64,000 nucleotides of DNA from an uncultured Rivularia sp. (GCA_963665115.1 OY762007.1:2976001-3040000), one strand, 5' to 3'; shown: positions 9,929 through 21,714, counted from the first letter of the stretch. Numbers and translations: made by a program. Notes: generated from the letters alone by a model not told the origin.

Positions 9929-12900
9929 ATGACTTCACCAATGAATCCCTATCTACTAGCAGACAATTCCAGGAATTTTCTTTCTCAAAGTTTTCTGCTT
10001 GGCATAATTAATAATGTATCCGATCCTATTTTCGTTAAAAACCGGCAACATCAATGGATATTTCTCAATAATGCTTTCTGCGAGTTAACGGGTTATGACT
10101 CAGAAGAATTAATTGGAAAATCGGACTACGATTTTTTTCCTAGCAAAGAAGTCGATCTTTTTCGCGAAAAAGATGAATTAATATTCACTTCGGGTGTCAG
10201 TAGTGACTCGGAAGAATATTTTAGCGACGCTGAAGGTAAAATTTATATTGTTTCAATAACAAAATCTTTATTTAATGATGAGTCTGGGAATCAATTTCTG
10301 ATTGGTACGATTAAAAAAATTAAAGCTTCAGAGAATAAGCAACCACCAGAAGAAAAATTAAGTAATCTTACTTTATATCTAGTCAAAGCAATAAGTAATC
10401 TTTTAAATATTAGCAATTTTGATGAATCATATAATGCTGCTTTGGCGGCTTTAGGAAGAGCTACGGATGTAGATCAAGTATCTATAATAGCGTTCAAGAG
10501 TAAAAGTAATACTGAGAAAAAACGAGTTAATCAGCGTTGGAAATGGTCAAAGAATGATGTTGAAAAACAATCCGATATTTTTACGCGATGGGATATAATT
10601 CTTTCTCAAGGTGAGATTATTGCGGGTTCGGTAAATGATTTTCCCGATTCGGAACGAGAAACTTTAGAAGCTGCAAATATTCTTTCTACTTTGGTAATAC
10701 CAATTCAGGTAGCAGAAGATTTCTGGGGATATATCCGCTTTGATAGTTGTGAAAAACGTAAATGGTTAGATAGCGAAAAGTCTGTTTTACAAGCTGCTGC
10801 GGAATGTTTGGCAGCAGCTTTTTATCGTCATCAATTGCAAGAAAAGCTGAGAGAATCAAAGCAGTTTTTACAGTTAGTAGTCGATAATATACCGCAAAGT
10901 ATTTTTTGGAAAGATTGCAATAGTGCTTTTCTTGGTTGCAACCAAAAGCTTGCGAATGTATGGGGTTTGAGTTCTACTGAAGAAATAATGGGAAAAACTG
11001 ACGATGATTTTTCTAGAACAAAAGAACAATCTGAATGGTATCGGGAATGGGACAAGCGAGTAATAGAGTCTGGAGTTGCAGAATTACATATCGTCGAGAA
11101 GAAACAGCAAGCGGGTGGTAAACACTTTTGGTTAGATACTAATAAAATTCCGTTGCGAGATCGAGAAGATAATATAGTAGGAGTGCTTGCGACTGTTGAG
11201 GATATTACAGAACGCAAGCAGGTAGAAGAATCTTTAAAAGAAAGCGAAGAGAAATTTCATCAGTTATCAACGAATGTTCCGGGAATGCTTTACAAATTTA
11301 AAATGCATCCCGACGGTTCGATGTCTTTTCCTTATGTGAGTCATGGTAGTTATGAACTATTAGGAATAGAAGCAGAAACAATTCAAACAGAATCAAACTT
11401 GTTGATTTCGATGATTCATCCGGAAGACTATAAAACTTTTGAGAAGTCGCTTAATAATTCAGTCGAAACTTTTGAACCATTTTATTGGGAAGGACGTTTA
11501 ATTAAATCATCTGAAAAGATTCAATGGGTGAAAACTGAATCTCGTCCTCAGAAACAACTTGATGGTTCAATTATTTGGGATGGTTTTCTTTCCGATATTA
11601 CTCACCTCAAGCAAACAAAAAAAGCCTTGCAAGCAGCTTATGGAGAAATGGAATCGCTAGTTTTAGAGCGAACTAAAGAATTAAGCCGGACAAATAAAGT
11701 ATTAAAAGCTGAAATTGAAGAACGTAAAAATACGGAAGCTGCACTGCGCGAAACCGAAGCTAAAGTCCAGAAACTAGCAGCAAATGTACCGGGAATGCTT
11801 TACCAATTTGAACTGAATCCCGATGATTCGATGTCTTTTCCTTATGTTAGTCCTGGTTGCTATGAAATTTATAGTTTACAACCAGAACAAATTCAAGCAG
11901 ATCCCGATTCCATTTTTTCAATGGCTCATCCAGATGATTTGAAAAGTTTTAAAACTTCTTGGACTATTTCTGCGAAGAATCTCAAACCTTGGGAACATGA
12001 AGGACGAATAGTTATCCCTTCTGGAGAAATTAAATGGATAAAAAGTCATTCTCGCCCCGAGAAATTGGAAAATGGCACTATTGTTTGGTATGGCTTTATC
12101 TTAAATGTAACGGAACGCAAGCAAGCAGAAAAAGCTCTATTGCGTAGTAACGCCATGTTACAAGCTCAACAAGAAGCTGCAATTGACGGTATTTTAGTGG
12201 TTGATGAAAATCAAAATATATTATCGTGCAATCAGCGTTTTGTTGAGCTATGGCAGATTCCTCAGTCGGTTATTGAAACTGGAGATGAAAAGCATTTATT
12301 AGCATCTATGGTAGATAAATTTACAAATTTAGGAGAATTTATTAATGAAGTAGAAAATTTATCTAATGATCCAGAAAAATCGATTCGCGATGAGATTGAT
12401 TTAGGAGATGGACGAACTTTTGAACGTTACTGTGCCCCTGTAAGTTCGTCTAAGGGGGAATATTTCGGTAGAGTTTGGTATTTTCGAGATATTACCGAAC
12501 GCAAACAAGCAGAACAATCTTTAAAGAGGACTAATTCAGTTTTACAAGCGCAACAAGAAGCTTCTATTGACGGTATTTTAGTTGTTGATGAATATCGCGG
12601 ATCGATATCATATAATCAGCGTTTTATCGATTTATGGCAAATTCCGCAGTCTGCCATCGAAACGGGTAAGCACGAAGCAATTTTTGCCTCGATGCTAGAA
12701 AAACAAGAAAATCCCGAAGAATTTGTATCTACTTTAGAATATCTTTTCGATCATCCAGATAAAAGTTGCCGTAATGAGATTTATTTCAAAGATGGAAAAA
12801 CTTTAGAGCGCTATATTGCTTCAGTACTTTCTTTAACTGGAGATAATTATGGTAAGATATTCTACTTTCGAGATATTACCGAACGCAAGCAAGCCGAAGC

Positions 12901-13789
12901 AAAATTGCGTCAGCAAACACAAGAATTAGAAAAGGCTCTTTTAAAATTAAAACGTACTCAAGTTCAGCTAATTCAAAGCGAAAAAATGTCCAGTCTGGGA
13001 CAATTAGTAGCCGGAATTGCTCATGAAATTAATAACCCCGTTAACTTTATCGATGCTAATCTTACATACACTCAAGAATATTTTGAAGATTTGTTAGGAC
13101 TTATTAAAATTTATCAGAATAATTCTCCCGATAATTCAGAAGCAGAAGAATTTATTCAAAAGATTGAATTTGATTATCTTCAAGAAGATTTGCCGTCAAT
13201 TATTAAATCTATGAAAACAGGAGCCGAAAGAATTGGCAAAATTGTGCTTTCTTTGAGAACTTTTTCGCGCTTAGATGAAGCAGAGTTTAAAACGATTGAT
13301 ATTCATGAAAATATTGATAGCACTTTAATGATTTTGCAGAATAGTCTTGAAGCGAAACCAGACAGAGTTGCAATTGTAGTTACTAAGGAATTTGAAGTTT
13401 TGCCCTTAGTTGGATGTTATGCGGGAAAACTCAATCAAGTTTTTCTGAATATCTTGAATAATGCAATTGATGCTTTAGAAGAAGCAATCAAAAATCAACA
13501 AATATCTGAAAACGAATATCCTCAAATTCGTATTTCAACTAAATTAATACAGCAAGATATTGTGCAAATTAGCATAATTGATAATGGTTCAGGTATTCCC
13601 AAAGACAATATCAACAAGCTATTCGATCCATTTTTTACTACCAAAGCTGTAGGTAAAGGTACTGGTTTGGGATTATCTATGAGCTACCAGATTATAGTCG
13701 AGCAGCATGAGGGACAACTAAACTGTATTTCTACTTTGGGAGAAGGTACGGAATTTCAAATACAAATACCTGTTTATAAAAGGGAGTAG
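9929..13789 (+). CDS. multi-PAS/GAF sensor histidine kinase
   Basis: PAS, GAF and five further PAS domains, H-box AHEINNP, and HATPase motifs (NQVFLNIL, DPFFTTK, GTGLGL). Confidence 0.95.
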   Translation: MTSPMNPYLLADNSRNFLSQSFLLGIINNVSDPIFVKNRQHQWIFLNNAFCELTGYDSEELIGKSDYDFFPSKEVDLFREKDELIFTSGVSSDSEEYFSDAEGKIYIVSITKSLFNDESGNQFLIGTIKKIKASENKQPPEEKLSNLTLYLVKAISNLLNISNFDESYNAALAALGRATDVDQVSIIAFKSKSNTEKKRVNQRWKWSKNDVEKQSDIFTRWDIILSQGEIIAGSVNDFPDSERETLEAANILSTLVIPIQVAEDFWGYIRFDSCEKRKWLDSEKSVLQAAAECLAAAFYRHQLQEKLRESKQFLQLVVDNIPQSIFWKDCNSAFLGCNQKLANVWGLSSTEEIMGKTDDDFSRTKEQSEWYREWDKRVIESGVAELHIVEKKQQAGGKHFWLDTNKIPLRDREDNIVGVLATVEDITERKQVEESLKESEEKFHQLSTNVPGMLYKFKMHPDGSMSFPYVSHGSYELLGIEAETIQTESNLLISMIHPEDYKTFEKSLNNSVETFEPFYWEGRLIKSSEKIQWVKTESRPQKQLDGSIIWDGFLSDITHLKQTKKALQAAYGEMESLVLERTKELSRTNKVLKAEIEERKNTEAALRETEAKVQKLAANVPGMLYQFELNPDDSMSFPYVSPGCYEIYSLQPEQIQADPDSIFSMAHPDDLKSFKTSWTISAKNLKPWEHEGRIVIPSGEIKWIKSHSRPEKLENGTIVWYGFILNVTERKQAEKALLRSNAMLQAQQEAAIDGILVVDENQNILSCNQRFVELWQIPQSVIETGDEKHLLASMVDKFTNLGEFINEVENLSNDPEKSIRDEIDLGDGRTFERYCAPVSSSKGEYFGRVWYFRDITERKQAEQSLKRTNSVLQAQQEASIDGILVVDEYRGSISYNQRFIDLWQIPQSAIETGKHEAIFASMLEKQENPEEFVSTLEYLFDHPDKSCRNEIYFKDGKTLERYIASVLSLTGDNYGKIFYFRDITERKQAEAKLRQQTQELEKALLKLKRTQVQLIQSEKMSSLGQLVAGIAHEINNPVNFIDANLTYTQEYFEDLLGLIKIYQNNSPDNSEAEEFIQKIEFDYLQEDLPSIIKSMKTGAERIGKIVLSLRTFSRLDEAEFKTIDIHENIDSTLMILQNSLEAKPDRVAIVVTKEFEVLPLVGCYAGKLNQVFLNILNNAIDALEEAIKNQQISENEYPQIRISTKLIQQDIVQISIIDNGSGIPKDNINKLFDPFFTTKAVGKGTGLGLSMSYQIIVEQHEGQLNCISTLGEGTEFQIQIPVYKRE

Positions 13790-13940
13790 GGAGTAATGAG
13801 TAATGAGTAGGGAGTAGGGAGTGGGAAGTAGGCTAAAAATTCAAAATAATTTGCAATGAAAATTGATCTTTTTTCTTCCCTGTTCCCTATTCCCCGTTCC
13901 CTACTCCCTATACTAGATTGTTTATTTACAAAGCTAATGT

Positions 13941-13949
13941 GGGAACACT
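13941..13949 (+). promoter_or_regulatory. J-box-like motif GGGAACACT
   Basis: 29 nt upstream of the kinase ATG. Confidence 0.62.
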
Positions 13950-13978
13950 AAGTATAATGTGTTTCCTCAAATGAACTT

Positions 13979-16456
13979 ATGCTACCGGCAGAATTTAAGT
14001 CTTTACAACCCGTTAACGAAAATGCAGTCAATCCGCTACCCATGTGTCAAGTAATAATTGACAATTTACCTGAATTGATATACTGGAAAAATAATGATTT
14101 AGTCTTTCAAGGTTGTAATGTAGCTTTTGCTAGAGCCGTAGGGTTAACTTCCCCCCAACAGATTGTCGGTAAAACAGACTCGGAATTACCTTTAAAAAAT
14201 CAAATGCTTGGCTTCTTGCTAAATCGCCTTCAAAGTGGTAGTTTTGCGGGCGATCGCCAAGTAATCGAAGACAATACAAATTTTGATCAAATAATAATTT
14301 CTAGTTTAGCTTCAGGTGAGAAAGTCTGGTTACATATCCGTAAAAACCCTTTGATTAATAGTGATAGTGAAGTTGCTGGTATGCTTTGCCGTATTGAAGA
14401 TATTACTAAGCGTAAGTTAGAGGAACGATTACTGATAGAGTCTCAGCAGCGACGTTTAGCATTAATGGTGCAACAAAGTCCGTTAGCGGTGATTGAATGG
14501 AATTGTAATTTTGAAATCAAAGAATGGAATCAAGCCGCAGAAAGAATTTTTGGATACAGCAAAAGTGAAGTTTTAGGTCGTGATTTTAGCCTTTTAGTCA
14601 CAGATGATTTCAAAATTACTTTGTCAGAAATGCTGCACAACTTTGTTATTGATAAACAAAGGATGTTCAGCACCAATGAAAATATAACAAAAGATGGTAG
14701 AAAAATTGTTTGCGAATGGTACAACTATCCTTTGGTGGCTGCTAATGGTGAAATAGTCGGTATTGCTTCAATGGCATTTGATATTACCGAACGCAAACGT
14801 GAGTCGGAACAGCTACAAAAGCAAGAGCAATTTCTTCGCACAGTTTACGATGGTGCTGACGATTCTTTAATTGTTATCGATGTTACCGAAGATGGCAATT
14901 TTCGCTATGCAGGAGTGAACGCAGCCGCAGAAAGAAGTAGTGGTTTAACTCGAACACAAGTTATTGGTAAGACTCCAAAAGAATTATTTGGAGAGGTTGA
15001 AGGTGCTAGATTATCCCAAAGTTATCGCAAATGTTTAGAAACAGGTCAATCCTTTTCCTTTGAAGAATGTATCACTTTTAAAAATCAGCCAAGTTGGCAT
15101 TTAGTTACTATTAATCCTTTAAAAGATAATTCTGGCAAAATATACAGACTTGTAGGCACAGCATTAGATATTACTGAACGCAGACAAGCAGAAATAGCAT
15201 TACAAAACTCTTTAAAAGAATCAGCCGATATTAAGTTCGCTTTAAACCAAGCAGTTATCGTGGCAATTACTGATAATAAAGGACATATTGAATACGTTAA
15301 CGACAAATTTTGCGAAATATCCCAATATAGCCGCGAAGAATTAATCGGTAAAAACCATAGAATTATCAACTCCGGTAATCATCCTAAATCTTTCTTTACC
15401 CAAATGTGGGGAACCATTACTAAAGGTAAAGTTTGGCGAGGAGAAATACAAAATCGTGCCAAAGATAAAAGTCTTTATTGGGTAGACACAACCATTGTGC
15501 CAATGATAGACGCGCAAGGTAAACCGCAGCACTACATTGCCATTCGTAACGATATTACCGCTCGCAAACAAGCCGAAACCGAAGTACACCAAAAAGCGCA
15601 AGACTTAGAAAATACTCTCTTAGAACTGCAAAAGGCTCAAACACAATTAGTCCAAAGTGAAAAAATGTCCGGTTTAGGTCAATTAGTAGCAGGTGTAGCT
15701 CATGAAATTAATAACCCCGTAAACTTTATTTACGGAAATCTCAGCCATGCAAATAATTATGCTCAAGACTTATTAGAAGTAATCAAACTTTACCGTCAAA
15801 AATATCCTCAGCCTGCATCAGAAATAAAGGAATTAGCAGAAGAATTAGATTTAGAGTTTTTAGTAGAAGATTTACCCAAACTATTAGGTTCTATGAAAGT
15901 GGGAGCGCAAAGGATTCGAGAAATTGTTGCTTCTTTACGTACCTTCTCCCGCATGGATGAAGCACACATGAAAGAAGTTGATATCCACGAAGGAATCGAC
16001 AGCACTTTGATGATTTTAGAACATCGCATCAAAGCTAAATCCGACCGTTCCAGAATTGTAATTATCAAAGATTATAGTAAAATACCGCAAATAGAATGCT
16101 ATCCCGGTCAATTAAACCAGGTGTTTATGAACATTTTAGCTAATGCACTCGATGCATTAGAAGAAGGAATTGGAGATGATAATTCTCCTACTATTGGTAT
16201 TAAAACGGAATTAGAAGGATGCAAGCAAGTAAAAATCTCTATATCCGATAACGGAAAAGGAATTGCCGAAAAAATTAAAACAAGACTTTTCGATCCATTT
16301 TTTACAACTAAATCAGTAGGAAAAGGTACCGGAATGGGATTATCAATTAGCTATCAAATTATTGTAGAAAAACATTTTGGTTCTTTGAACTGTATTTCCG
16401 CACCCGGAGAAGGTACTGAGTTTGTAATTACTATTCCGTTGAAACAATGTAAATGA
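13979..16456 (+). CDS. four-PAS sensor histidine kinase; last PAS is NifL/Aer-like
   Basis: Repeated PAS/PAC with DITERK ends; EELIGKNHRIINSG...YWV signature; AHEINNP H-box; HATPase. Confidence 0.95.
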   Translation: MLPAEFKSLQPVNENAVNPLPMCQVIIDNLPELIYWKNNDLVFQGCNVAFARAVGLTSPQQIVGKTDSELPLKNQMLGFLLNRLQSGSFAGDRQVIEDNTNFDQIIISSLASGEKVWLHIRKNPLINSDSEVAGMLCRIEDITKRKLEERLLIESQQRRLALMVQQSPLAVIEWNCNFEIKEWNQAAERIFGYSKSEVLGRDFSLLVTDDFKITLSEMLHNFVIDKQRMFSTNENITKDGRKIVCEWYNYPLVAANGEIVGIASMAFDITERKRESEQLQKQEQFLRTVYDGADDSLIVIDVTEDGNFRYAGVNAAAERSSGLTRTQVIGKTPKELFGEVEGARLSQSYRKCLETGQSFSFEECITFKNQPSWHLVTINPLKDNSGKIYRLVGTALDITERRQAEIALQNSLKESADIKFALNQAVIVAITDNKGHIEYVNDKFCEISQYSREELIGKNHRIINSGNHPKSFFTQMWGTITKGKVWRGEIQNRAKDKSLYWVDTTIVPMIDAQGKPQHYIAIRNDITARKQAETEVHQKAQDLENTLLELQKAQTQLVQSEKMSGLGQLVAGVAHEINNPVNFIYGNLSHANNYAQDLLEVIKLYRQKYPQPASEIKELAEELDLEFLVEDLPKLLGSMKVGAQRIREIVASLRTFSRMDEAHMKEVDIHEGIDSTLMILEHRIKAKSDRSRIVIIKDYSKIPQIECYPGQLNQVFMNILANALDALEEGIGDDNSPTIGIKTELEGCKQVKISISDNGKGIAEKIKTRLFDPFFTTKSVGKGTGMGLSISYQIIVEKHFGSLNCISAPGEGTEFVITIPLKQCK

Positions 16457-16530
16457 TTGGGAATGGGGCATAGAATTTTAGATTTTAGATTTTAGATTTT
16501 AGATTTTGGATTAAAAATTTTGTGCAAAGC

Positions 16531-16592
16531 TAGGGAGCAAGATTGAAATTAGGGAGCAAGATTAAAATTAGGGAGCAAGATGCTCCCACTAC
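16531..16592. repeat. tandem 19-bp copies ending in palindrome GGGAGCAAGATGCTCCCACTAC
   Basis: TAGGGAGCAAGAT occurs three times; related palindromes at about 23878-23899 and 31991-32043. Confidence 0.85.
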
Positions 16593-16629
16593 ATAAATCA
16601 ATTGTAAAAAAATAATTTTTTTGATAAAC

Positions 16630-18057
16630 CTAAATACTATAGCCATCCGAAAAACTCAGATTTGGTTGCTTGTTAGCACATGATAAAGGATTTTCATTCC
16701 ACGAGACTTGCGGTTTTTCGCAAACAATGACTGTTTTATCGAAAGGGACAACGCACCAAATTTATCGGCAATACGAAATGTATAAGTTAAGCTTTTGTTC
16801 GTTGAATTTAACTCCTATAAAACGAGCAAATTCAAACAGTGCTGCTGAAGCGACAAATTCATTGTTGCTCAAAATATGTTCGTAGTTGAAATATAGTAAA
16901 ATTAAATCTTTATCTAAAGCATCTCTTAAATCGTACTTTAGCGCAGAAGATAGAATCTTCGTTATGCTCTCTAAACTTGAATTAATATCATCTTTCAATA
17001 TTTTCTCTATGCTATTCTTTAAATCATATTCTATAAAATCATCTAAAACATCACTTAGCTCAGATTGCAATGATTTCAGAGCAGATGTAATTACAGGTTT
17101 TGTTAGAGCATAATCAAAAGGAAGTAATAGAAAATCCCAATACAGCGAGTTTAATTTTTCTGCCAGATATTGATTTTCAGTTTGTTTCAAAAAATCTGAT
17201 TGTCCAAAAAAACCTAGATGTGCGGTATAGAAACTAGGTACAAAAATAATTTCCGGTACTTGTTCTTCTGCGTATCGATATAATTCTTGAATAACTTTAG
17301 TTGCTTGTTCTTTCTTTATGGGTGTATTAATTAAATTTAACCAGCTTTGTTTAGTTTTAAAAAGTTCTGCTTCTTGTTCTAACGTTACACAATATATATT
17401 TTTATTTTCATCTGCGAATCTATATCTATAATGAATAAATTCAAACTTTTGTCGATCTAAATTAATAGAAACAAAATCTCGATCGCGTTCCAAACTAACA
17501 AATGCTTGTTCGGCACAGTCTGCAATTTCTGCAATCAAATCTCCTAAGCTCTTATATATTTTACGCTTATCAAAAAGCCAGTTTTTATTTTTTATTATTT
17601 TTAAATTGTCTCGATCGTGTTTAAATTCTTTATTAAAATAAAAATCTTCATAAAAGCCGTCATCATCGTATAGCATGATTACAGAAGATTCATTTATTCC
17701 AAGAGGAACTGCAAAAAAATTTCCTCCAAATTCCCCTGAAAAATATAAAACTATCAGAAAATAGAAAATCTCGCCATCATCGTTTACTTTTTTTATATGA
17801 CGAATAGTCTCTTCAAGTGGGGTAAAATGACCTGTGATACTACCATAATCAGAAAATTCAAAATAAGTATTATCTACTAAACCATTTCGCCATTGATAAA
17901 GCTCGTAAACTTCTTTAGGTAATTTAAAGGGTAAATCTTTGGTTATTTCATCAATCTCTTCAGATTTTAATCCCGGTTGAAACAAGTCTTTAACTTCTGG
18001 TGCTTTTTCTTCTATACAATCCCAGATTCGCTTTAAATTATTTTTGATTGCCGTCAT
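16630..18057 (-). CDS. SMI1/KNR4-family protein with C-terminal DUF6745-like domain; in-frame TAA at 16762-16764
   Basis: N-terminal LPFKLPKEVYELYQWRNG SMI1-type motif. The frame continues past the stop as IWCVVPFDKTVIVCEKP...FSDGYSI to TAG at 16630. Confidence 0.7.
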
Positions 18058-18268
18058 ATTAACAATTAAACTGACGCAAAATTAAACATCTTTCTTTTAA
18101 TATTTACATAGAAAATGTTGAATACAAATAAGTCTTGTGGGATGGGCTTCCAGCCCGTCTTTTATGTCAACAACCTGCTTTGTATTTAATTTTATCAAGA
18201 ACTTCTATATTTCGGTGCGTTAGGCTGAAGCCGTAACACACCCTACCAACTACTAACTACTAACCAAT

Positions 18269-19177
18269 CTAAGGAATCGCTACCACTCTTAACAAACGTT
18301 CCATTACACTTTGCGCTCTCCTTCCTCCCACGGCTATCAAACGATGACTCAAAACATGGGGAGCAATAAATTTTACATCATCGGGTATTGCATAATCGCG
18401 TCCGGAAAGATACGCAAAGGCTTGTGTAGCGCGGTGTAATGCTACAGTTCCCCTCGGACTGACACCGAGAGTAATTTCTTCGTCACATCTTGTCGCTCTT
18501 ACCAAATCGAGCATATATTGCTGTAATGAAGCTTCTACTTTGATACCAGCACAAATTCGCTGTAATTCTTCAACTTCAGCTAAGGTTATACAGGGTTTTA
18601 AGTCAGTAAATTTGCTGCCATCCTGGAGTCGAGATAGCATTTGTAACTCTTCTTGCTCCGTAGGATAACCCAAGCTCAAGGACAGCATAAATCTATCCAT
18701 TTGCGCCTCGGGTAGGGGAAAAGTACCTTGATATTCAACTGGGTTTTGAGTGGCGATGACGAAAAACGGTTGGGGAACTGCACGAGAGACACCATCAACT
18801 GTTACCTGCCCTTCTTCCATAACTTCTAGCAAGGCAGATTGAGTACGGGGTGTAGCGCGGTTGATTTCGTCTGCTAGCATTACGTTCGCAAAAATTGGTC
18901 CTTCTAAAAAAGTGAATTCACCAGTTTTAGGACTCCAAATATTTGTACCCGTAATATCAGTAGGTAGTAAATCCGGCGTGCATTGTAAACGTTGAAATTT
19001 TCCATCAACGGAACGAGCCAAAGATTTAGCAAGCAGAGTTTTGCCGACTCCGGGAACGTCTTCAAGCAAAGCGTGTCCCCCACCTAATAAGGCGACTAAT
19101 ACCAAGCGGATAGCTTCAGATTTACCAACAATGGTACGAGCTAGATTTTGTGTCAGAGCGTCAATTTTATCTCTCAT
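18269..19177 (-). CDS. MoxR-family AAA+ ATPase
   Basis: LLEDVPGVGKT Walker A, LADEINRA Walker B, ATQNP, and LPEAQMDRF. Confidence 0.95.
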   Translation of the reverse strand: MRDKIDALTQNLARTIVGKSEAIRLVLVALLGGGHALLEDVPGVGKTLLAKSLARSVDGKFQRLQCTPDLLPTDITGTNIWSPKTGEFTFLEGPIFANVMLADEINRATPRTQSALLEVMEEGQVTVDGVSRAVPQPFFVIATQNPVEYQGTFPLPEAQMDRFMLSLSLGYPTEQEELQMLSRLQDGSKFTDLKPCITLAEVEELQRICAGIKVEASLQQYMLDLVRATRCDEEITLGVSPRGTVALHRATQAFAYLSGRDYAIPDDVKFIAPHVLSHRLIAVGGRRAQSVMERLLRVVAIP

Positions 19178-19310
19178 GCAACGAATAAGGTTAAAGGTTA
19201 AAGGTCAAAGGTCAAAGGTTAGGAGTTAGGAGTTAGTGTCTACTTTAATGCTCCATGCCCAATGCCCAATGCCCAATTCCCTTTTTTATTGTTCCCAGAG
19301 TTGGCATAAA

Positions 19311-20304
19311 CTAACACGCTTGTCGGAAAAATTTTCTGGCGGTAGTGCAGTCGAGTTGAATTTGAGCTTTGAGGGCTTCTAATGATGAAAATTTCTGTTG
19401 GGGCCTGAGAAATTTTTCTAATTGGATTTGCAGCTTTTTATCGTATAAATCTCCAGTGAAATCTAAAAGATGTACTTCTACTGTGAGATTAGTGCCGTTT
19501 ACGGTGGGGCGATCGCCAATGTTCATCACTCCCCAGCGGTTGTTTATAATATCAGGGCCGTTCGATATCGCTAACTCTAACGGCATAAACTCCTTGTCGG
19601 GGCAAAAATTTATCTTCTGGTAATTCTAAGTTGGCAGTGGGGAAACCAATCGTTCTACCGAGTTGCTGTCCTTTGACTACTTTACCCATAAGAGTATAAG
19701 GTCTTCCCAATAGTCGGTTGGCTTTTTCAAGCTGACCAGTTTCGAGCGTTTGGCGAATTCTTGAAGTGCTGATACGAGTTTCCTCTTCAATTAGCGGTAA
19801 ATCGTCTTCATGCATTTCCAAGGGAACGATAGTAACGGGAATACCATACTTAGCAACAAGTACCTGTAAATCCATTGCAGTACCGCTGCGCTGGGAACCA
19901 AAACAAAAATCTTGTCCAACGCTGATTCTTGCAGCTTGTAATTTCTCTACGATAATTTGTTCTACGAACTGTTCGGGAGTCAAAGCGGCTAATTCTTTGT
20001 TGAAGGGGATTAGTACAAGTTGTTCTACCCCAAGCAGTTCTAGCTGTCGGACTTTTTCATCCACAGGAGTCAACAAACTTCTAGGTTTCCCCGTAAAAAA
20101 CTCTTGGGGATGCGGTTCAAATGTAATAACTGTTGGGTGAATGCGTTCTGCGCCTGCTGATTTATGCAAAATTGGTTGGATTACCCTTTGATGACCGCGA
20201 TGAACGCCATCAAACTTACCAAGGGCAACAGCAGTAGGAGTTTGAATCAATTCGGTTGAAGATGTTACCCACACAGAACACCCATTTTGAGACAGATTTG
20301 GCAC
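19311..20304 (-). CDS. ribF: bifunctional riboflavin kinase / FAD synthetase, frameshifted at about 19556
   Basis: GKFDGVHRGH, GRTIGFPTAN, NIGDRPT and EVHLLDF. The frames join by removing one base of the GGG at 19555-19557. Confidence 0.93.
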
Positions 20305-20539
20305 GTCAATTTTGGGACGAGAGGTTTAACAAGACGGGGAGTAGAGGAAATGGGAGTTAGGAGTTGGGAGTTAGGAATTAGGAGTTAGGAATTATTTTTT
20401 TATTCCCAATGCCCAATGCCCAATGCCCATTACTTATTTCTCATTACCTATTCCCAATTTGCCATAGTTTAACTAAGGCTCTCGAATACCAATTTAATCC
20501 AAATTCTGTAATCAATCTGAGATCGAAGCTTTATATCAA

Positions 20540-21427
20540 CTATCGACTAATAGGAAAACTTTTTGATAAGGGAACATTCATCGGAACGTTTAGTACCATT
20601 CCTTCCTTAGCCATGACTGCACCGGGGAATCTCTGTTTGGCTTCTTGACCAATGCGGTCTAAAAACTCGTCGTTATGGGATGGATCGTGATGGTAAATAA
20701 CTAGAGTTTTAACATTAGCAGCTTCGGCTACTTTAACGGCTTCTTGCCATGTAGAATGTCCCCAGCCTATTTTCGGCGATTTCGATGAATAATATTCCTC
20801 ATCGGTATAAGTTGAATCATAAATCAAAATATCGGCGTTATTGGCAAGCCTTAAAACATTTTCATCCAATTTATCGGGATAATGTTCGGTATCCGTAACA
20901 TACACGGCAGAACCACCTTGCCAATTAACTCGGTATCCTACCGATTCACCTGGATGGTTTAGCGGTGCGGTTTCGACAGCAATATCTTCTATATGAATGG
21001 TTTTTCCAGGTTTTACTTCGCAAAAATCCAAATTCGACTGCATAATTTGCAAAGGTACGGGGAAGTTTGGATGTAGCATCTGGTCGTTTAGACGTTGTTC
21101 TACAGTAGAACCATCAGGAGCTACTGCACCATAAATGTGAAATTTATTACCCGCAACAAATCCAGGAACAAAAAACGGAAATCCCTGGACGTGATCCCAA
21201 TGAGAGTGGGTAAAAAATAGATAAGCTTCTAACGGCATTTTAGGTAATAGAGACTGCCCTAAAACGTGGATTCCCGTGCCTCCATCGAAAATAAAGCGTT
21301 TGTCGCCCACTTGCATCTCGACGCAAGGGGTATTACCTCCATAACGAACGGTTTGGGGTCCCGGACAGGGGATACTGCCACGAACACCCCAAAATTTTAC
21401 GGTAAATTGATTCTCTGTCCTAGACAT
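20540..21427 (-). CDS. MBL-fold metallo-hydrolase
   Basis: FWGVRGS, THSHWDH, WGHS and YHHDP motifs. Confidence 0.92.
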   Translation of the reverse strand: MSRTENQFTVKFWGVRGSIPCPGPQTVRYGGNTPCVEMQVGDKRFIFDGGTGIHVLGQSLLPKMPLEAYLFFTHSHWDHVQGFPFFVPGFVAGNKFHIYGAVAPDGSTVEQRLNDQMLHPNFPVPLQIMQSNLDFCEVKPGKTIHIEDIAVETAPLNHPGESVGYRVNWQGGSAVYVTDTEHYPDKLDENVLRLANNADILIYDSTYTDEEYYSSKSPKIGWGHSTWQEAVKVAEAANVKTLVIYHHDPSHNDEFLDRIGQEAKQRFPGAVMAKEGMVLNVPMNVPLSKSFPISR

Positions 21428-21714
21428 GAGTGTTGCTTGTCAAGATTGAGCGGGCGAACAATACAAAAAATTTTACGATCTATAGTTCAATTAACGCTGC
21501 CTAACCTATTCTTGTAGAAAGGGAAAATAAGCGTTTGCAACATATTTTTCAAGAGTTTTCCGCGTCTTAATGCGAGCCACTTTTAAACTTATGCTGCGAT
21601 TAATTCAACTATACGTCTGTATATTTTCTTTATAGACGTTTTTACTTTATAACCTATATTTTACAGTAATGCATTTAACCTCCTAAAAAGCTTGTTTTTT
21701 TGCTTACAAATATT

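Noticed and set aside
16531..16592. Possible mini-CRISPR array
   Set aside because: Period is 19 bp with no unique spacers, and I saw no cas genes or repeat-spacer array anywhere in the window.
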